Numbered from the stretch's first letter, positions 46,290 to 59,918 are shown. The stretch is 64,000 nt of DNA from Utricularia gibba (GCA_002189035.1 NEEC01000011.1:930001-994000); one strand, 5' to 3'. Translations and numbers: made by a program. Notes: generated by a model not told the origin, from the letters alone.

Positions 46290-48720
46290 CCTTCATGACT
46301 TCCTGTTGGACCATATGAAGTTAGAGATTCTCAATACCAGTGATAAAGTCCATGATCCAGGTCAGTTCTCGACTTAGTCAGTCATGTTTCAAGGCCTCAA
46401 CCAAATCTTCGAAAATTATGGTGTCATGATCAAGTCCACTCACCCACTTATTGGTTTCTGTTATTTTTCTGCTGTCTTTAAGTTTTTTTCATTTTTCTTA
46501 GTCAGTTCAATGTCTCTTAGCACAGAATTGCTACTATTAAGGTGCTAACTTTCATCAATCAACACTCATTGTTCATCAAATCAGTGCATTGTTCCTTCTG
46601 ATTTGTGCAAGCCTCACTAGTTGTGTATCTAGTGTGACAATCTTTATGATACAACAACCAGTGCACGCATTGGTAACCATCCTACCATTCGGTTCTTTCG
46701 TTTGTTATCAGAGCTTTCGTTTGGTAACCGTCCTTCTGATTTGTGCAAGCCTCATTCTTGCTGATAGTCACGCTTTCATTATCATGGATGCAACAACCTT
46801 TGGAGTGGTCTGGAAATTTGAAGGGTTGGATTACGCTGTCTGGGCACTGCACATGAAGGCTTATCTTGGCACTACCAAACTATGGGATGTGGTGGAACAC
46901 GACTCACCTGTTCCGAAACTAGAGAACATAGGACCAGCACAAGCATGCTATGAGGAGTTGATGCCTCGGAAAGGAAGCAGCTAAAGTTGTGATCTTCTTC
47001 AGCCTTGATTGGTCAATTACTTCTAGAGTAATGACTTGTGCAACTGCCAAGGAAATTCGCTGTGACTGTGGCCTCTCACCGAGAATAGCAAGATGTTTCA
47101 CATAAAAACTTGGTACTTGTTCGCCTGTTTTTCTGCAAGATCACAAACTTTTGATACATGGCTGATAGCCTTTGGTTGCTCCTCACATATGGTATGTGAC
47201 CGAGCATTTTTCCATTCATTGAATACAATCTACACCACATGTGTCATTGAAGCATGTGGGAAAGGCAATGTTTAGGTTCAGACACCATTCAGTTTGCAGT
47301 TTATAGATGAATTCTTATGGGTGCCGATGCTCGAGATCAATCTTTAGAGTGTTATTCAACTCAGCAAAAAAGGTTATAAAGTGTCTTTTAGTGGTAAATC
47401 ATGTTCCATTCATGATTCAATAGGTCATTTGATATATGAAGGAGAAGTAAACGGTGGTGTATACACACTGCCATGCTCTCTAAAGCCTCCGGGACAACCA
47501 TCTTAGTGTAACATAGCTCATTCCACTTAACCCGATTATTGCCATAGAGTCTTTGGACATGCAAATTCTTGTGACATTAGCAGCATGTCATAGAAGGCCT
47601 TTATAAGAAATATGTCTCATCATCTTAGCAAGAGGAGTGAGACTCAGTGCGGTATCTGTGCACAAGGTAAACTGATACAAAAACCTTTGCCTCATTTCGC
47701 TAACTTCAGAGTTACTGTAAAGTTGGTTTTGGTGCACTTAGACCTTTGTGGGCCAATGAAAGTCGATTCATCAGGAGAGTATTTTTTAACCTTTATTGAT
47801 GCCTTTATGTGCTATTGGTGGGTATATTTCTTTAGATACAAAGCTGATGCATATGAGAAATTTCTAGTCTTCAAGGCTTATGTAGAAAAAAAGAGTGGCC
47901 TTCCACTCCAATGCTTATGTATAGATAATGGTGGTTAATGTTGCTCCACAATCTTTGAAGTTTTCTTGTAGCAGCAGGGAATTTTACATCATAAAACTGT
48001 CCCCCATACTCCATCTCAAAATGGTGTGACTGACAGGAAAAACCGAAGCATCGTGTCAATGGTGAGATAACTACTCCTAGACAAACAAGTGCCCAATTTC
48101 ATATAGGGAAAGGCTGTAGCTACTGTGTTTACCTTCAAAACCAGCTTCGTAGTAGGGCACTAAATGGCGTAACCGCATATGAAAAACGGATTGGAGTTAC
48201 TCCATCTTGTCAGCATTTGCGAGTTTTTGGATCGACGGTCTATTATCTAACCACACTAGTAGCACAAACAAAGCTGGATGCCAAGGGAGCTGTAGGGATT
48301 CTAGTTGGTTATTTTGAAGTCAAAAGAATATAGAGTCTTCAATCCTTTAACAAAAAGTACGCTAATTGCATGAAGTGAAGATTTTGATCTAGTCTTCTAG
48401 TTGTCCAAATACTCTTGAACCCTTTCTGATCAATGCAGGTAACCACATACGTGAAGATTTTGATATGGTCACACTGTATGATTGGCCAGATCAAGACTTA
48501 GACAGTGATGCACTTCAGACTATGACCTACTCTATCACAGAAATCCAACTCTCCAACTTGAAGGCTATGTTGATGCAAACTTTGCAGGTGATGCAGATTT
48601 TCAAAGTACACGTTTCTATGTTTTCCACATTGGAATTGCAATGATCAGCTAGAGTTCCAAAAAACAAATCCTGGTTGCTCAATCCACACCAGAAGTTGAA
48701 TATATTGTTGTATTTTTTAT
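46290..48720 (+). mobile_element. Degenerate copia element E (LTR part, mutated PBS, gag, PR, IN, RH; RT deleted)
   Basis: TGTTATCAGAGC at 46703-46714; DYAVWALHMKAYL; WLIAFGCSSHM; LVHLDLCGPM..FLTFIDAF; QNGVTDRKNR; VDANFAGD..SSKKQILVAQST. Confidence 0.82.
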
Positions 48721-50348
48721 TTGAAGAAAGTACTGAGGAGTGGTAGTGAACATCATATTTTGAAAAAAAGGTTCAAGTCACCTCGCAGGTTGCTAGGGTT
48801 GGAATACAATTTAAGTATGTTCCATAATTCATGCCGAATTATGAGATGTTGGCCCATTAGAGGCCCAAAACATAAATAAGATCATGACAAAAAAATTCAG
48901 TTCTTCTCGAGTGCATCTGACTCACATCCATCCTCTATTTCTTTTGGGCTTCCAACTGAGGAAGACATCCAACACTCCTTAGGTCTTCCTCAGATTCAAA
49001 ATTCATCACTTCAGAGATGTTACCCATTGCTCTGAATGTATTGAATGGTAAGTTTGTTTTTTTATTGCATCCCGAATTGCATGAAAGTGTACCTAAATAT
49101 GTTTGGCCTTACTGAACTACGATGAATTTTTGGCAATCTGTATTGCAACCTTGTTGTCCATGTAGAGAACTGTGGGTTTTGATTGATTCATCCCAATTTC
49201 CTCCAGCATCTGGTGAAGCCACAATGCTTGATTCAAGGTTGAGGAAGCGGAAATGTAATCCGATTCCACTATTGATTGCACCACTATAGACTGTCTCTTT
49301 GTATTCCATGAGAAGAGACTTTTGTTCAAGTAGAAAATATATCCTGATGTACTTTTGCAATTCATGCTCCGAGCATAATCACTATCACAGAAGCCTAAGA
49401 TTGTAAGTTTCTCACTCTTTGAGTAGGGGTGAAAAATGCCATAGTCTAGTGTTTTCATCACGTAAGGCAGGATCCGTTTGGCTGCAGCAAAGTGGGAGAC
49501 TTTAGGAGCCTTCATAAATTTAGAAGGAATATTCAAAGAGTATCATAAATCAGGTCTGGTGTGGGTGAGATAAATTACGCTGCCAATCAAGCTTTTGTAG
49601 AGTGTAGAATCCATGTCTGTCTCATTAGATGAGTAATCCGGGGATGTTTTTAGTAGCATAGGAGTGGGACTACCATTTGCCTCGTCCATCTTAAATTTCT
49701 TGAGTAATTCTTGTGAATATTTTCTTTGACATAAGCAAGTGCCTTTGTGGGCACCTACATAATTTCAAGGCCTAAATAGAAACGCATTGATCCTAGGCCT
49801 GTTATTTCAAACTCTTCCTTTAATTTTTCTTTCAATTCATTCATATAGTAGATGTTGCTTGAGGTAATGAGCAGGTCATCCACATATATGCTCACTTTGT
49901 AGAATAGGGTCTGTTTGCTATGCGTTTGGATGAAATCTTCGGATTCAAAGAATCGGATAATTCTTTTGTTCCAAGCTCTTGGAGCCTGTCTCTAACCATA
50001 CAAGGCCTTTTTCATTCTTAGTATTTTGTGCTCTTCACCTTTGATTTCATAACCTTGTGGCTGTTTGTAGTAGATGACTATAGTTAGAACACCATTAAAA
50101 AAAAACGCTGTTTTTACATCCATATGATGGAGTAACCAGCTGTAATGGGCTGCAAGAGCTAGTAGTAGTTTCATAGTATCGAATTTAGACACAGTTGCAA
50201 ACACTTCACTATAATTAACATCATGTATCTGGGGATATTGTTTTGCTACTAACCTGGATTTTTTTTTTTGGTTCTCTGAGCCGTCAGCATTATACTTTGT
50301 TTTGCATATCCATTTCAGGCCAATTGGCTTTGATGTTAGGTCAAGAGG

Positions 50349-51760
50349 TGTCATGACGCATGCCTAGGGCCCAAGAGGCATGAGACATGACTGCCAAACC
50401 CCATCAAACGTTAGGACTCAAGGCTACTTAACCCCTTTTGTAGCATGGAGAAATAACATTAAGTTGGCTACATATATATTAACTCGCAACCGTTCAAATA
50501 TGCAAAAGGAACTACGTCCAGCCTACTTAGCACATTCCTCACAACATAGCTAAGGTTTCAACAGCTGTTCACGACATGCCACAACTTCTATGGGAAAACC
50601 TCTAGTTTGGTTGACCACCAGACCTTCAGCCATTCCCCTCTACACCTGGAACAAGTTAAAACATGAAGTGGTCATGCTACTGAAGTTTGGTAAAAGATAA
50701 ACGTGCGTGAAGTGAAGAAAGAGTGTTTGAGCATAAAATCTCAAAGCCAAGCACATATCCAAGTAGTGAGTCCCATTCTCTATCTTTGCCCAATCCCCTT
50801 GACCCTTCAGTTTAGGCATCACCTCCAGATCTTAGGAAATGGGCCATGTATTGCCTAAGTCCTTTAGTAGTGTTCAGAAGAGCCACCAACCTAACACCAC
50901 CTCTAAACTCAGACCATAGCATGCATATAACGTGTTCCCTGGCCTTTCTTATCTGGCTTACCCCATAGGGATGCCTCAGACATGTCTGACATATTTAGCC
51001 ATGAATCCCATGGTTAAAACCATGTTGCTAGGAGCGTGGGTCCACACTTCTCTCCATTTCCTATCATAAGTTCACATAGCACGTAGGGAAAAACATTGAG
51101 CACTCTATACACTTCAAAAGGGAATACCTGTTTGGAAACTAACCAACAAGGGCACCTAATCCTCGGAAAATAACAAATTAGGTTCTGAAAGAAGGATTTT
51201 AGGGACTCTAAATAGATTCGAAACATTAAGCTCAGAAGGACGTGCCCTACTGGACTTTTCACACAAAGAAGAACAGGGAAGAAAAACAGGTTAATGAGAA
51301 CATGAAAGAAATCTTTCTAAGACAACATATAATAACACATAGGCAATTAATCACATATGTTCCAGAGAAGCATCAAGACATGCTTCTAAAAACAGTAGCA
51401 CTCATCCCACTTACGTTCCTACAGAAGTAATCCCTTTCTTATGGCTAATTCCACGAAATTCCTTCCTCTTTAGCTCTAACACCCCCTTCCTTCCATAACT
51501 CTACTTCCTAAGGTATCTCCTCAACAACTCAAAGCAACTCTATCCTCCAGAACTTAAGAGACTCCATGAGTCATTATACCCTCTATCCTGAGGTTGCCAT
51601 GTGGTACTTCCTTTAGATAGCACTTGCTTCATCTTCATTGGTTAATAAAAACAACCCCCAAACCGGTGTGGGCCCCATCCCTTATTGATTTCATACATAA
51701 CCATGATCATTAGAGAGGTACTATGCTAAACCCCAGCATTGGATGTCACAGACCATAACA
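50349..51760 (-). mobile_element. Gypsy (Tekay/Del-like) solo LTR, minus strand
   Basis: TGTTATG...CATGACA on minus, with TSD AGAGG at 50344-50348 and 51761-51765. Confidence 0.92.
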
Positions 51761-51910
51761 AGAGGTCTTTCTACCAGCTCTCAGATATCATTTCTAATAA
51801 TAGAATCCATCTCATTATCCATGGATTTTTTCCATCCCTCATCTTGTGTTGCTTCTTCATAACAGGAGAGAGCATTGATCGATAGATCCATTGGGTGATT
51901 AATAACGTCA

Positions 51911-53136
51911 TGTTATGATTTGCGATATCCTTTGCTGGAGTGTAGCATAATACCTCTCTAATCATCATGGTTATGTAAGAAATCAATAAAGGATGGGGTC
52001 GACACCGGTATGGAGTCTCCTAGGTTCAGATGGATGGAGTCATTTTGCAAAAAGCCTAGAGAATCATAGTTGAAGAGGAGGAGGAGGGTAGGATATACAG
52101 CCAGTGAGGAGCGGAAGTTCTTGATTCTAGTTATAGGAAGGGATTACTTCTGTAGAGGATAAGGTAAGTGAGATGAGTGCTATTATTTCTTTTAGAAGCA
52201 TCAAAACATGCTTCTAAAAGAAATGTCTGGCAGGGCACGTTTTTGGGGGGTTTTCTGATGTTTCGAAATCTTTTTGGAGTCCCTAAAATTCTCTTTTAAA
52301 AACCCTTAATTGTTTTCTTCTAAGGATTAGGTGCCCTTGCTGGTCCTTTTCCAAACAAGTGTTTTCTTCGAAGTGAATAAAGTGCTCAATGTTCTGTGTC
52401 TATGTGCTATGTGAACATTTGATAGGAAATGGAGAGGAGTGTGGACCCACACTTCTAGCAACATGGTTTTAACCCTGGGATTCATGACTAAATATGTCAG
52501 ACATGTCTGAGGCATCCCTATGAGATAAGCCAGTCAAGAGATACTAGGAAACATGTTATATGCATGCTATGGTCTAAGTTTAGAGGTGGTGTTCGGTTGA
52601 TGGCTCTTCTGAGCACTACTAAAGAACTTAGGCAATACATGACTCATTTCCTAAGATCTGGAGGTGATGCCTAAACTGAAGGGTCAAGGGGATTGGGCAA
52701 AAATAGACAATGGGACTCACTACTTGGATATGTGCTTGACTTTGAGATTTTATGCTCAAACACTCTTTCTTCACTTCATACATGTTTATCTTTTACCAAA
52801 CTTTAGTAGCATGACCACTCTATGTTTTAACTTGTTCCAGATGTAGAAGGGAATGACTGAAGATTTGGTGATCAACCAAAGTAGAGGTTTCGCTATAGAA
52901 GTTGTGGCAGGTCGTGAATAGCTGTTGGAACCTTAGCTACGTTGTGAGGAATGTGCTAAGTAGGCTGGACGTAGTTCCTTTTGCATGTTAGAACGGTTGT
53001 GAGTTACTATATATGCACCCAACTTAATGTTATTTCTCCATGCTACAAAAGGGTTAGGTAGCCTTGAGTCCTAACGTTTGATGGGACTTGGCGGTCATGC
53101 CTCATGCTTCTTGAGCCCTAGACATGGGTCCTGACA
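51911..53136 (+). mobile_element. Solo LTR of the same family, plus strand
   Basis: TGTTATG...CCTGACA with TSD CGTCA at 51906-51910 and 53137-53141. Colinear with the reverse complement of 50349-51760 apart from indels. Confidence 0.92.
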
Positions 53137-53859
53137 CGTCACTTAGCTTTGTAAGTGCCCTTTTGCTCCTTACTTGTTGATCCCTGCATGTGTCATCTAT
53201 ATCTTCTGTTTCATTGTCTAATTCTGGATTAACAGGTTCAAAAACAGTAAGTTCTTGGTCAATTCGACTTCTGAAGGTGGCTTGTCAATATTTTCACGAG
53301 GTGAATAATTGTTTATGCTTTCTGTGGCATATTCAGATGTGTTGTGCTGCTGTTCGTGATTTTCTGTTTCAGTCTGAAAATCATCAGTGCTTGCTCTAAC
53401 AATATCCTAATGCACCAAGTAATAGGCATTGAATGTGTTAGGTGAGAGGTTTTCAGCTTTCCCTTGTACCTATGGAAATAGAACAATCATTATTGCAGAC
53501 ATATCCAAGTTTTTCGTCAAAGACAACATTTCTACTTATAATAATGGACTATTATTATACCCAACAAAGATGCCAATATTTGTTCTTTCATCTAAATTGG
53601 ATCTTTTTTCTGCATGGATATGCGCATGGCAAATTGAGCCAAACACTTTCAGGTGACCAATGGCCATTTTCTTTCCTCTCCATAGTTCATGTAGGGTCCT
53701 TCCTCGAATAGATCCTGTTGGGTTTCTCATAGACATCGTATGTCTCAAAAGAACCGGAATTTTAAAAATTTTGAGAAACCCCCAACGCAGATCTTGGAAT
53801 ACGGTATACATCAGACATAGGGATGTTCAAAGTACCTTTCAGATGACTCCGTTGTTCAC

Positions 53860-55030
53860 CAACCGTCAATAGCAGACGGCCTCTATGGTATCCACACGTG
53901 GAGCACTCCGTCGATAATCTTCTCAAGGCTTTTGAATGCTGGTCAAATTTCTCAGGTGCTAGTATAGAAAAACACCTCCTTGGGGATTAGTCTCAGAGAG
54001 CACAAAGACTTTGGAGAAGATCTCAAGATCTAAATCTTTTTGATAGATATTTTTGACATATCAAATCATATCTATATGAGATCTTTTATTTTGAGTTTAA
54101 TCAATATTAATCTCAAAATAATTCTCTATTTAATTTATCCACTTTACCAATTACATCTCATGTAATTGTGTCATTATATTTTATATCGATGAGTGACTCC
54201 ACTATTGTGTGTGACCCTATAGGCTTCCTCAATCAAGGCCGTAATAATAGATTTATTAATTAACTCTTAATTAATCAAATCCATCATTATCGATCATGAG
54301 TGATGTCTAGCAACATATCATGATCCCCAAGATTAAAGAATAATCAGGTGAACTGATTGAGCCTTTTCATGACCAGCCACCATGCAATGAACAACTTTCA
54401 TCACACTTATATCTCATTCGGTACCAAAACATGGGTGTGTGTCTTTGATGTATCGAACTTATAATTGCATTCAAGCAATAACACTTAATGACCTATTCAA
54501 ACAATTCGAGTGTTATTACCCTGGGCCTTGGACTTAATATTACGCTTTGATGCAATTACTTGAGATATGATCTCATTGTTAACATGAGTGATGAATCCTT
54601 TATTGATCAATCAACTATCTCCAACCTTAAGGAGTAACATCCCTACTCATCCATACTAGGCAAGCCATGGTTAGGCTCCCATTAGCAATGAGCGAAAATT
54701 TGACCTTAAGATCAAGATAACTTTGTTGACCTCAAGTCTAAGCTTACTTGCACGGCTATCATATTCGAGATCTTGCTATTGACACTTGGTTAGCTTCCCA
54801 TAGTAGAATCTCGAAGATGAGTCATCCAGTGAATCGATTCTCTAATCGACATCCACACATAGGTTCTAGTAATCTCATTACATCAATTGTGATAACCATT
54901 GCCTAAACTGTTTAGCGAACTCAATGTGTGCCAGCTTATCCGTATTTGTGATATCCTCATTTCATAAATACTCTAGCCAGGGAGATTCAACTTGATCATG
55001 AGTGCTTGAAGAATCTCACATTATAATCTC
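53860..55030 (-). mobile_element. Large copia LTR fragment (Angela-like)
   Basis: Non-coding, with GTGTGGATACCATAGAGGC (minus) and TGTGTGACCCTATAGG motifs typical of Angela-lineage LTRs (from memory). Confidence 0.5.
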
Positions 55031-55720
55031 ATCATAATTTCTATGGCAAATAGATCAAGTAGAGGATTTATTTTTCTTGTCCTTGTTGAACTTTCATACC
55101 TTTTGTGATTGCTGTGGTTCAGAACCGTTTCCTGTTGCCTCAAAAACAGGTTGTAACTAAAGAGCAGCCAAGGCCTTTTCTGTGTTATCACGAGCAAGCC
55201 GATTTTCAAGTGCTTGAAACGAGCTCACAACATTACATAACCTCTTAGGTTTCGATAATCTGGCCCATTCTCAAGCACACTGACTTTTGGCTCAAAATGT
55301 GGTAGCAACGAATGCAATATTTTCTGGGCAACAGAGGATTGGTTGTTATGGGATCAAGATTTTCACACTAGTTACACAGCTAGTGAGGGTTGGACGAATC
55401 AAAAAGCAATGCACTGATTTGATAAAAAAAAAAACAGTTTTGATTGATGAATATCATCACATTACTAGCAGCTATTCTTGTATAAAAAAAAACATTAAGA
55501 CTAAGACAAACGAACAGAACTTAAATACAGTAGAAAAAATAACAGAAACCCGTAAGTGGGTGAGTGGACTTGTTCATGACACCATAATTTTCGAAGAGGT
55601 GGTTGAGGACTTGAAGCGTGGCTGACTAAGTCAGGAACTGAAGTGGATCATGTATTTATCGCTGATATTGAGGCTTGCTGACTTCATATGATCCAATATT
55701 TTCCTTGTTGTGTAGCAATT
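55030..55720 (-). mobile_element. Copia LTR remnant plus deleted gag fragment (family of element E)
   Basis: 55340-55720 is an inverted homologue of 46290-46660. 55030-55330 encodes KILHSLLPHFEPKVSVLE (gag). Confidence 0.75.
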
Positions 55721-55779
55721 CTAGCTTGATGGGGAATGTGATGTACATGAAAATGCCCTAATCAATAAGAGGTCAGTCG

Positions 55780-56400
55780 GGGAACACGTCTCGAGTGGGG
55801 AAGCGGCAATGCAACGGCCTTCCCAAAAGAGCTCCTATGGTGGCACGTGAGTTGAGTGTAGTCGCCCCTTCCAATGTCTTGAAAGTGGTTGTGGCTTTGA
55901 TGAGTGGATTGTGGCCACCCACCATGGCCACCCTTCTTGGAAAAAGGGTAAACTATTCCTTCTCAAGTGATGAGGAGAAGAAGCAATACATGTAGCATGA
56001 TATCTATTTGTTGTATTATGTATATCTGTTATTGAAACAAGCACCTGAATCTGAAGATTTTGCGAATCCCCATCTTTTGTAAGAATTTATCTATAGTACT
56101 AATATACTGCACATTGTTTTACAGAAGAGGATGCATGTGAACTTGCAGAGTTGATAAAGATCCCACATACATGACAAAGTGGTAGGATGATGAAACTAAC
56201 CATGATAACGTGATTGAATTGGCAAATAGGTGAACATAAACACTTTCTGTTTAATACTGGTATACAATTTGATAAAATTATTTCTCTAGATTGTTACCCT
56301 TACTAAACATTTCTATCTCACGTGATATATGCTCCGTAATGTTTTCTGTTATGCACACAGGATCACCAACTCGGTGGGCATGGGTGGGGCATTATGATTT
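55780..56400 (+). pseudogene. Possible degenerate GRF-zinc-finger gene remnant with short exons
   Basis: One frame gives ...VECSRPFQCLESGCGFDEWI (C..CGF.EW pattern), followed by AG/GT-bounded short segments. Confidence 0.25.
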
Positions 56401-57499
56401 GGTATCAAATTAAGTGTTTTAGCTTAAAATTCCGATTAAAAACATATGATAAACGAATTAACCAACTTAATATTATGAGATGTTATCCAACAAACAATAC
56501 TTTGTGCTCTAAGTGTTCTTGATAAAGTAGGAAGAGAGATGCATTATTTATCTCTAGTAGGCAGTGTAGTAAAATAAATCATTTTAACTTTTTTCCATTT
56601 ATATATATAATGAATAAATATTTTTAAATAAAAAACATTATTGTTTTCCTAAATTTTGGTAGGTATACATGAAACGAAATTCACTAATCACTAGTTATTA
56701 ACGAATCATAATTCTAATAAATTAAAGAAGTTCCTACATGTAAAAATATGGATTAAAAATATAGCAAAGAAAGTATCCTAACTAATTTTAGCAAGTGATA
56801 TCCCTATTATGCTTTTGAGATTTATTTTAAATCCTCTAATTACATAAAAATTCAAATCCAAATATTTTTATATACCTAATTTAACGTAAATAAATCAATT
56901 TACCGTACACATTTTAAGTTTTAAATCAAGAAACGTCATTAACAAAATACACAATGTGTATGAAGTTTTAATTATTGCAGCTTAGATTAAGCAACTTAAG
57001 TAAATCACAAGTATTTTATGTTCATTTTAATTTTATAGAATTTTCAAAATGCTGGGTCAAATATGTTATATTGGGTGTCGTTACTGATTAAACATGCCAT
57101 CGTTAATAATTCACAAGATCAAATATGTCATGTTATGAAATCATTCAGGGGTGAATGGTAATTCATTATGAATACATGTAGCTTACAGTAGGCATTTATA
57201 CAAACATATTGAATCAATTAAGAATTATGTTAAATACTATTGTCATATTTATTGGAATTATTGATAAACATTGTTAACCTGAGTAAAGATTTTTTGTCAT
57301 TCTATTGAATTGGTAAAACATATGGGTCAAGAATAGTGAAGTCCATACCTGATTGACAACCAAACGATAAACGAAATTGTCAAAATGAACTTCATCCCTT
57401 TTTGTAACATTAAATGTCTTCAGGCAAGATTTCAGAAAGCAGGTAAAGAGAAACGAAAATGGTACTCTAGAAATAAGAAAACAGGAGGTGCTCACACTC

Positions 57500-58535
57500 C
57501 ATATCATAGAGACTTGAAAACCAAGTGGTGGTGGTCAGGCATGAAGAGAAGTGTGGCTGAATTTGTTGCAAAATATGACATATGCCAAAGAATCAAAGTT
57601 GAACATCAGACATCATGGTGAACCCCATCAAGATGATGATGGACATTTAAAAAATGTTGAGAATGTTGTGCAAGTGGATATCTTGGATAACAAGATCATT
57701 CCACTAGAACCAATCACAAGGAGTAAGAACAAGAAGATTAAAGCATCATTCAAATGTCTTCTCAACAATATTGAATTAGAAGTTGGACTTGAAGTCTTAT
57801 CATCAAAGGAACTCAACTAATTCAAAGTGGATCTAAGTTAGAGCCTAAGATTTATCATCATCTTTGATGTTTGGTATTGACTTTTGTAACTTTTTCTTTT
57901 TATTCACATTGGATTTAATAATGTTACAACTCAATTATAGAATATAAATACTCAAAAGATGTACTCTTTTAGGGAACTTTAGCTCATTTCATGAATTTGG
58001 TGAGAAATTTTCTCTTTTTCGAGTGCTTCAACACTCTTGACTTATCAAGTTCTTAAACTTGTGGTGTTCTAGGATTATCATTTCCAATTTTTTTTTCTTT
58101 CTGAAATGTGACTCTTAATTTTCCTTTTTTTTTCTAGTCTAGTTTTCAAGATATTCATTCTCTTGAGAATAAACTTAAATGAGTTCTTTTCTAAGTCTTA
58201 AAATCACCTCATGTTTGTGGTTTGCTATCTCTTTAGATTAGAGGGTCATATTACATCAGAAGGTGATCTTCAGCCGCTACAAATTCTTGAGTAAAAGTGT
58301 GATCATATTACCATGGATTTCATAATGAGGCTACCTAGAACTTTCAAAAAGCACAATGCAATATGAGTAATTGTTGGCAGGTTAATCAAAGTGGCTCACT
58401 TCTTGATGATTAAGGAAACTGATGGAATTGATAAGTTGGCTCAAAGATACATTTTGGAATTAGTTAGACTCCATGACATACCCCTGAGTATTGTTTAGAA
58501 TAGGGATATTAGATTTGTGTCTAGATTTTATGAAC
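57500..58535 (+). pseudogene. Gypsy (Tekay-like) integrase remnant interrupted by a CRM solo LTR
   Basis: WWSGMKRSVAEFVAKYDICQRIKVEHQ | TSEGDLQPLQI..ITMDFIMRLPRT..VAHFL..IVRLH..SIV*NRDIRFVSRF. Confidence 0.85.
57616..58253 (+). mobile_element. Older CRM-type solo LTR
   Basis: Diverged homologue of 18791-19394 (LEPITRSKNKKIK motif). TSD CATCA at 57611-57615 and 58254-58258; removing it restores integrase spacing. Confidence 0.85.
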
Positions 58536-58638
58536 TTTAAATCCTAAGAACAAAATTACCTAGAAAACTACATAAACGATGGTGACAAGATAGGAATTAT
58601 CTCTTTCTATCCATATCTCGATTATGAAAATATATTGC

Positions 58639-59918
58639 TGATGTGGTAGTGTGTACAGGGAGATGTACCTCGTATGGGCTATGGAATTAACTCTTATCAT
58701 CTTAAGCTTCATAGGTACGTCGGGCATCCTTTGGGACTCTCTTAGACTATCTTAATCTTTTATTGGGTCTGACACATCCTCTTAAGTGTTCCTCAACCAA
58801 AACTCCTCTGATGTCTTCTTCCCTATTTTAATACGAAGATGCCTTAAGGATCTATAGGTGGTGTTATGCTAAGGTACCTAATTTAATTTATCATGTTCCT
58901 ACACTCACAACTTTAAATAACCTAAGTCTACGTAGGTTATTCATTATATTTTCGGCTAAGCTAGTCCTCAATATCATAACCAACATTGCAATTAGATCTA
59001 CCCGCATGCAAAGCTACGTCTACCCGGTTCTACTAGTTCTACCCCGGAGTAACACCTACTACTCTCGTCTTGATTTGTTGGTCTACCTCTAAACCAAGCA
59101 TCTTAGTTGTGAAACTACTTGTTATCCTCGTTAGGTCTACCCATTGATTGATAGAAACAAGAGCTAAAGAACAAACATAAATTTCATTATTAACTTTAAG
59201 CACATACCACCACACTTTACTTTAAGGCATTCCTAGGGTTCTAGCTACTCATACTTTGAAGGTAAAACATGATAACATTAACATAAAGCAACGAAAATGC
59301 CAAGAACATCGTGAAAGAGTTGGTTGCGGAAACTGAAAACATCAACAAACGAAAATAAAGCAGTAAGAGTTCTGGTTTCTGTCTGCCACTATTCCTAGGC
59401 TGGAATAGTAGCACTGGATTGGGCTCTGATGCTGTTCTTGAGGATGAAGTTCTTATTCTCCTCTCTTGGTTCAATACTCGTCGTGTTGGTGGAGAAGCCC
59501 TTAGGGTTTGGTCATGTTCTCTTCCTCCTTCCCTCTCCTCCAAAAATTAGTACATTGTTCTATTTTTCAAAATTAGTACATTGTTATTGACATTCGTACT
59601 GTTCCTGGCCTGAACCTGCAGACTGTGGACGGCAGAACAGCGCATTATGTCTCCTTTTTTAATTTTGCCCATTCTTCCAAATCTTTGCATGCACGAAATT
59701 TCTATCTCCTCCCTGATTTTAGAACTTTGTTGCTGGACTAGAAAAAAATGTTAATAACATGGATGGGCTAAATCAAAGGATTTAGCTCATTAACACATAA
59801 AATCACATTATATCCTAAAATTTGGTAAAAATACTAAAAACTATAAGATAAACACTTAAAATATGATTTAAAAGCATAATTTTCTAATTCTAATAATAGG
59901 AAAATTCGTGTGTTATCA
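58639..59918 (-). mobile_element. Gypsy LTR (probably solo), TGATAACAC family
   Basis: Minus strand TGATAACACACG...ACCACATCA. Patchy similarity to 1117-2285. No exact TSD. Confidence 0.7.

Larger units (their letters stand above)
48847..53815 (-). mobile_element. Degenerate copia element F (IN C-term, RT, RH, putative short 3' LTR 48847-48974), interrupted by two solo LTRs
   Basis: HLKVFGSICHAHI..KRSNLD (53440-53810); YEEATQDEGWKKSMDNEMDSI (51761-51910); KPIGLKWICKTK, LHHMDVKTAF, GFCDSDYA, SWNTKRQSIVVQS. TGTTGG...CCAACA bracket after a purine-rich tract. Confidence 0.88.

Noticed and set aside
48957-48992. TGAGGAAGAC...GTCTTCCTCA hairpin as terminator or miRNA
   Set aside because: Only a 10-bp stem, and it spans the putative PPT/LTR boundary of copia F.
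50640-52846. Duplicated 60-aa ORFs (MMPKLKGQGDW...) as a conserved small protein
   Set aside because: They are the same position in two sister LTRs. Similarity reflects DNA homology, with no independent coding evidence.
50349-53136. Single foldback/TIR DNA transposon with ~1.2-kb TIRs
   Set aside because: Each arm has TG..CA ends and its own 5-bp TSD, and the loop is in-frame host copia pol.
58254-58265. Both CRM solo LTRs followed by CATCAGAAGGTG, suggesting sequence-specific targeting
   Set aside because: In one case CATCA is the LTR end and GAAGG the TSD. In the other CATCA is the TSD and GAAGG is host integrase. The registers differ, so it is probably coincidence.
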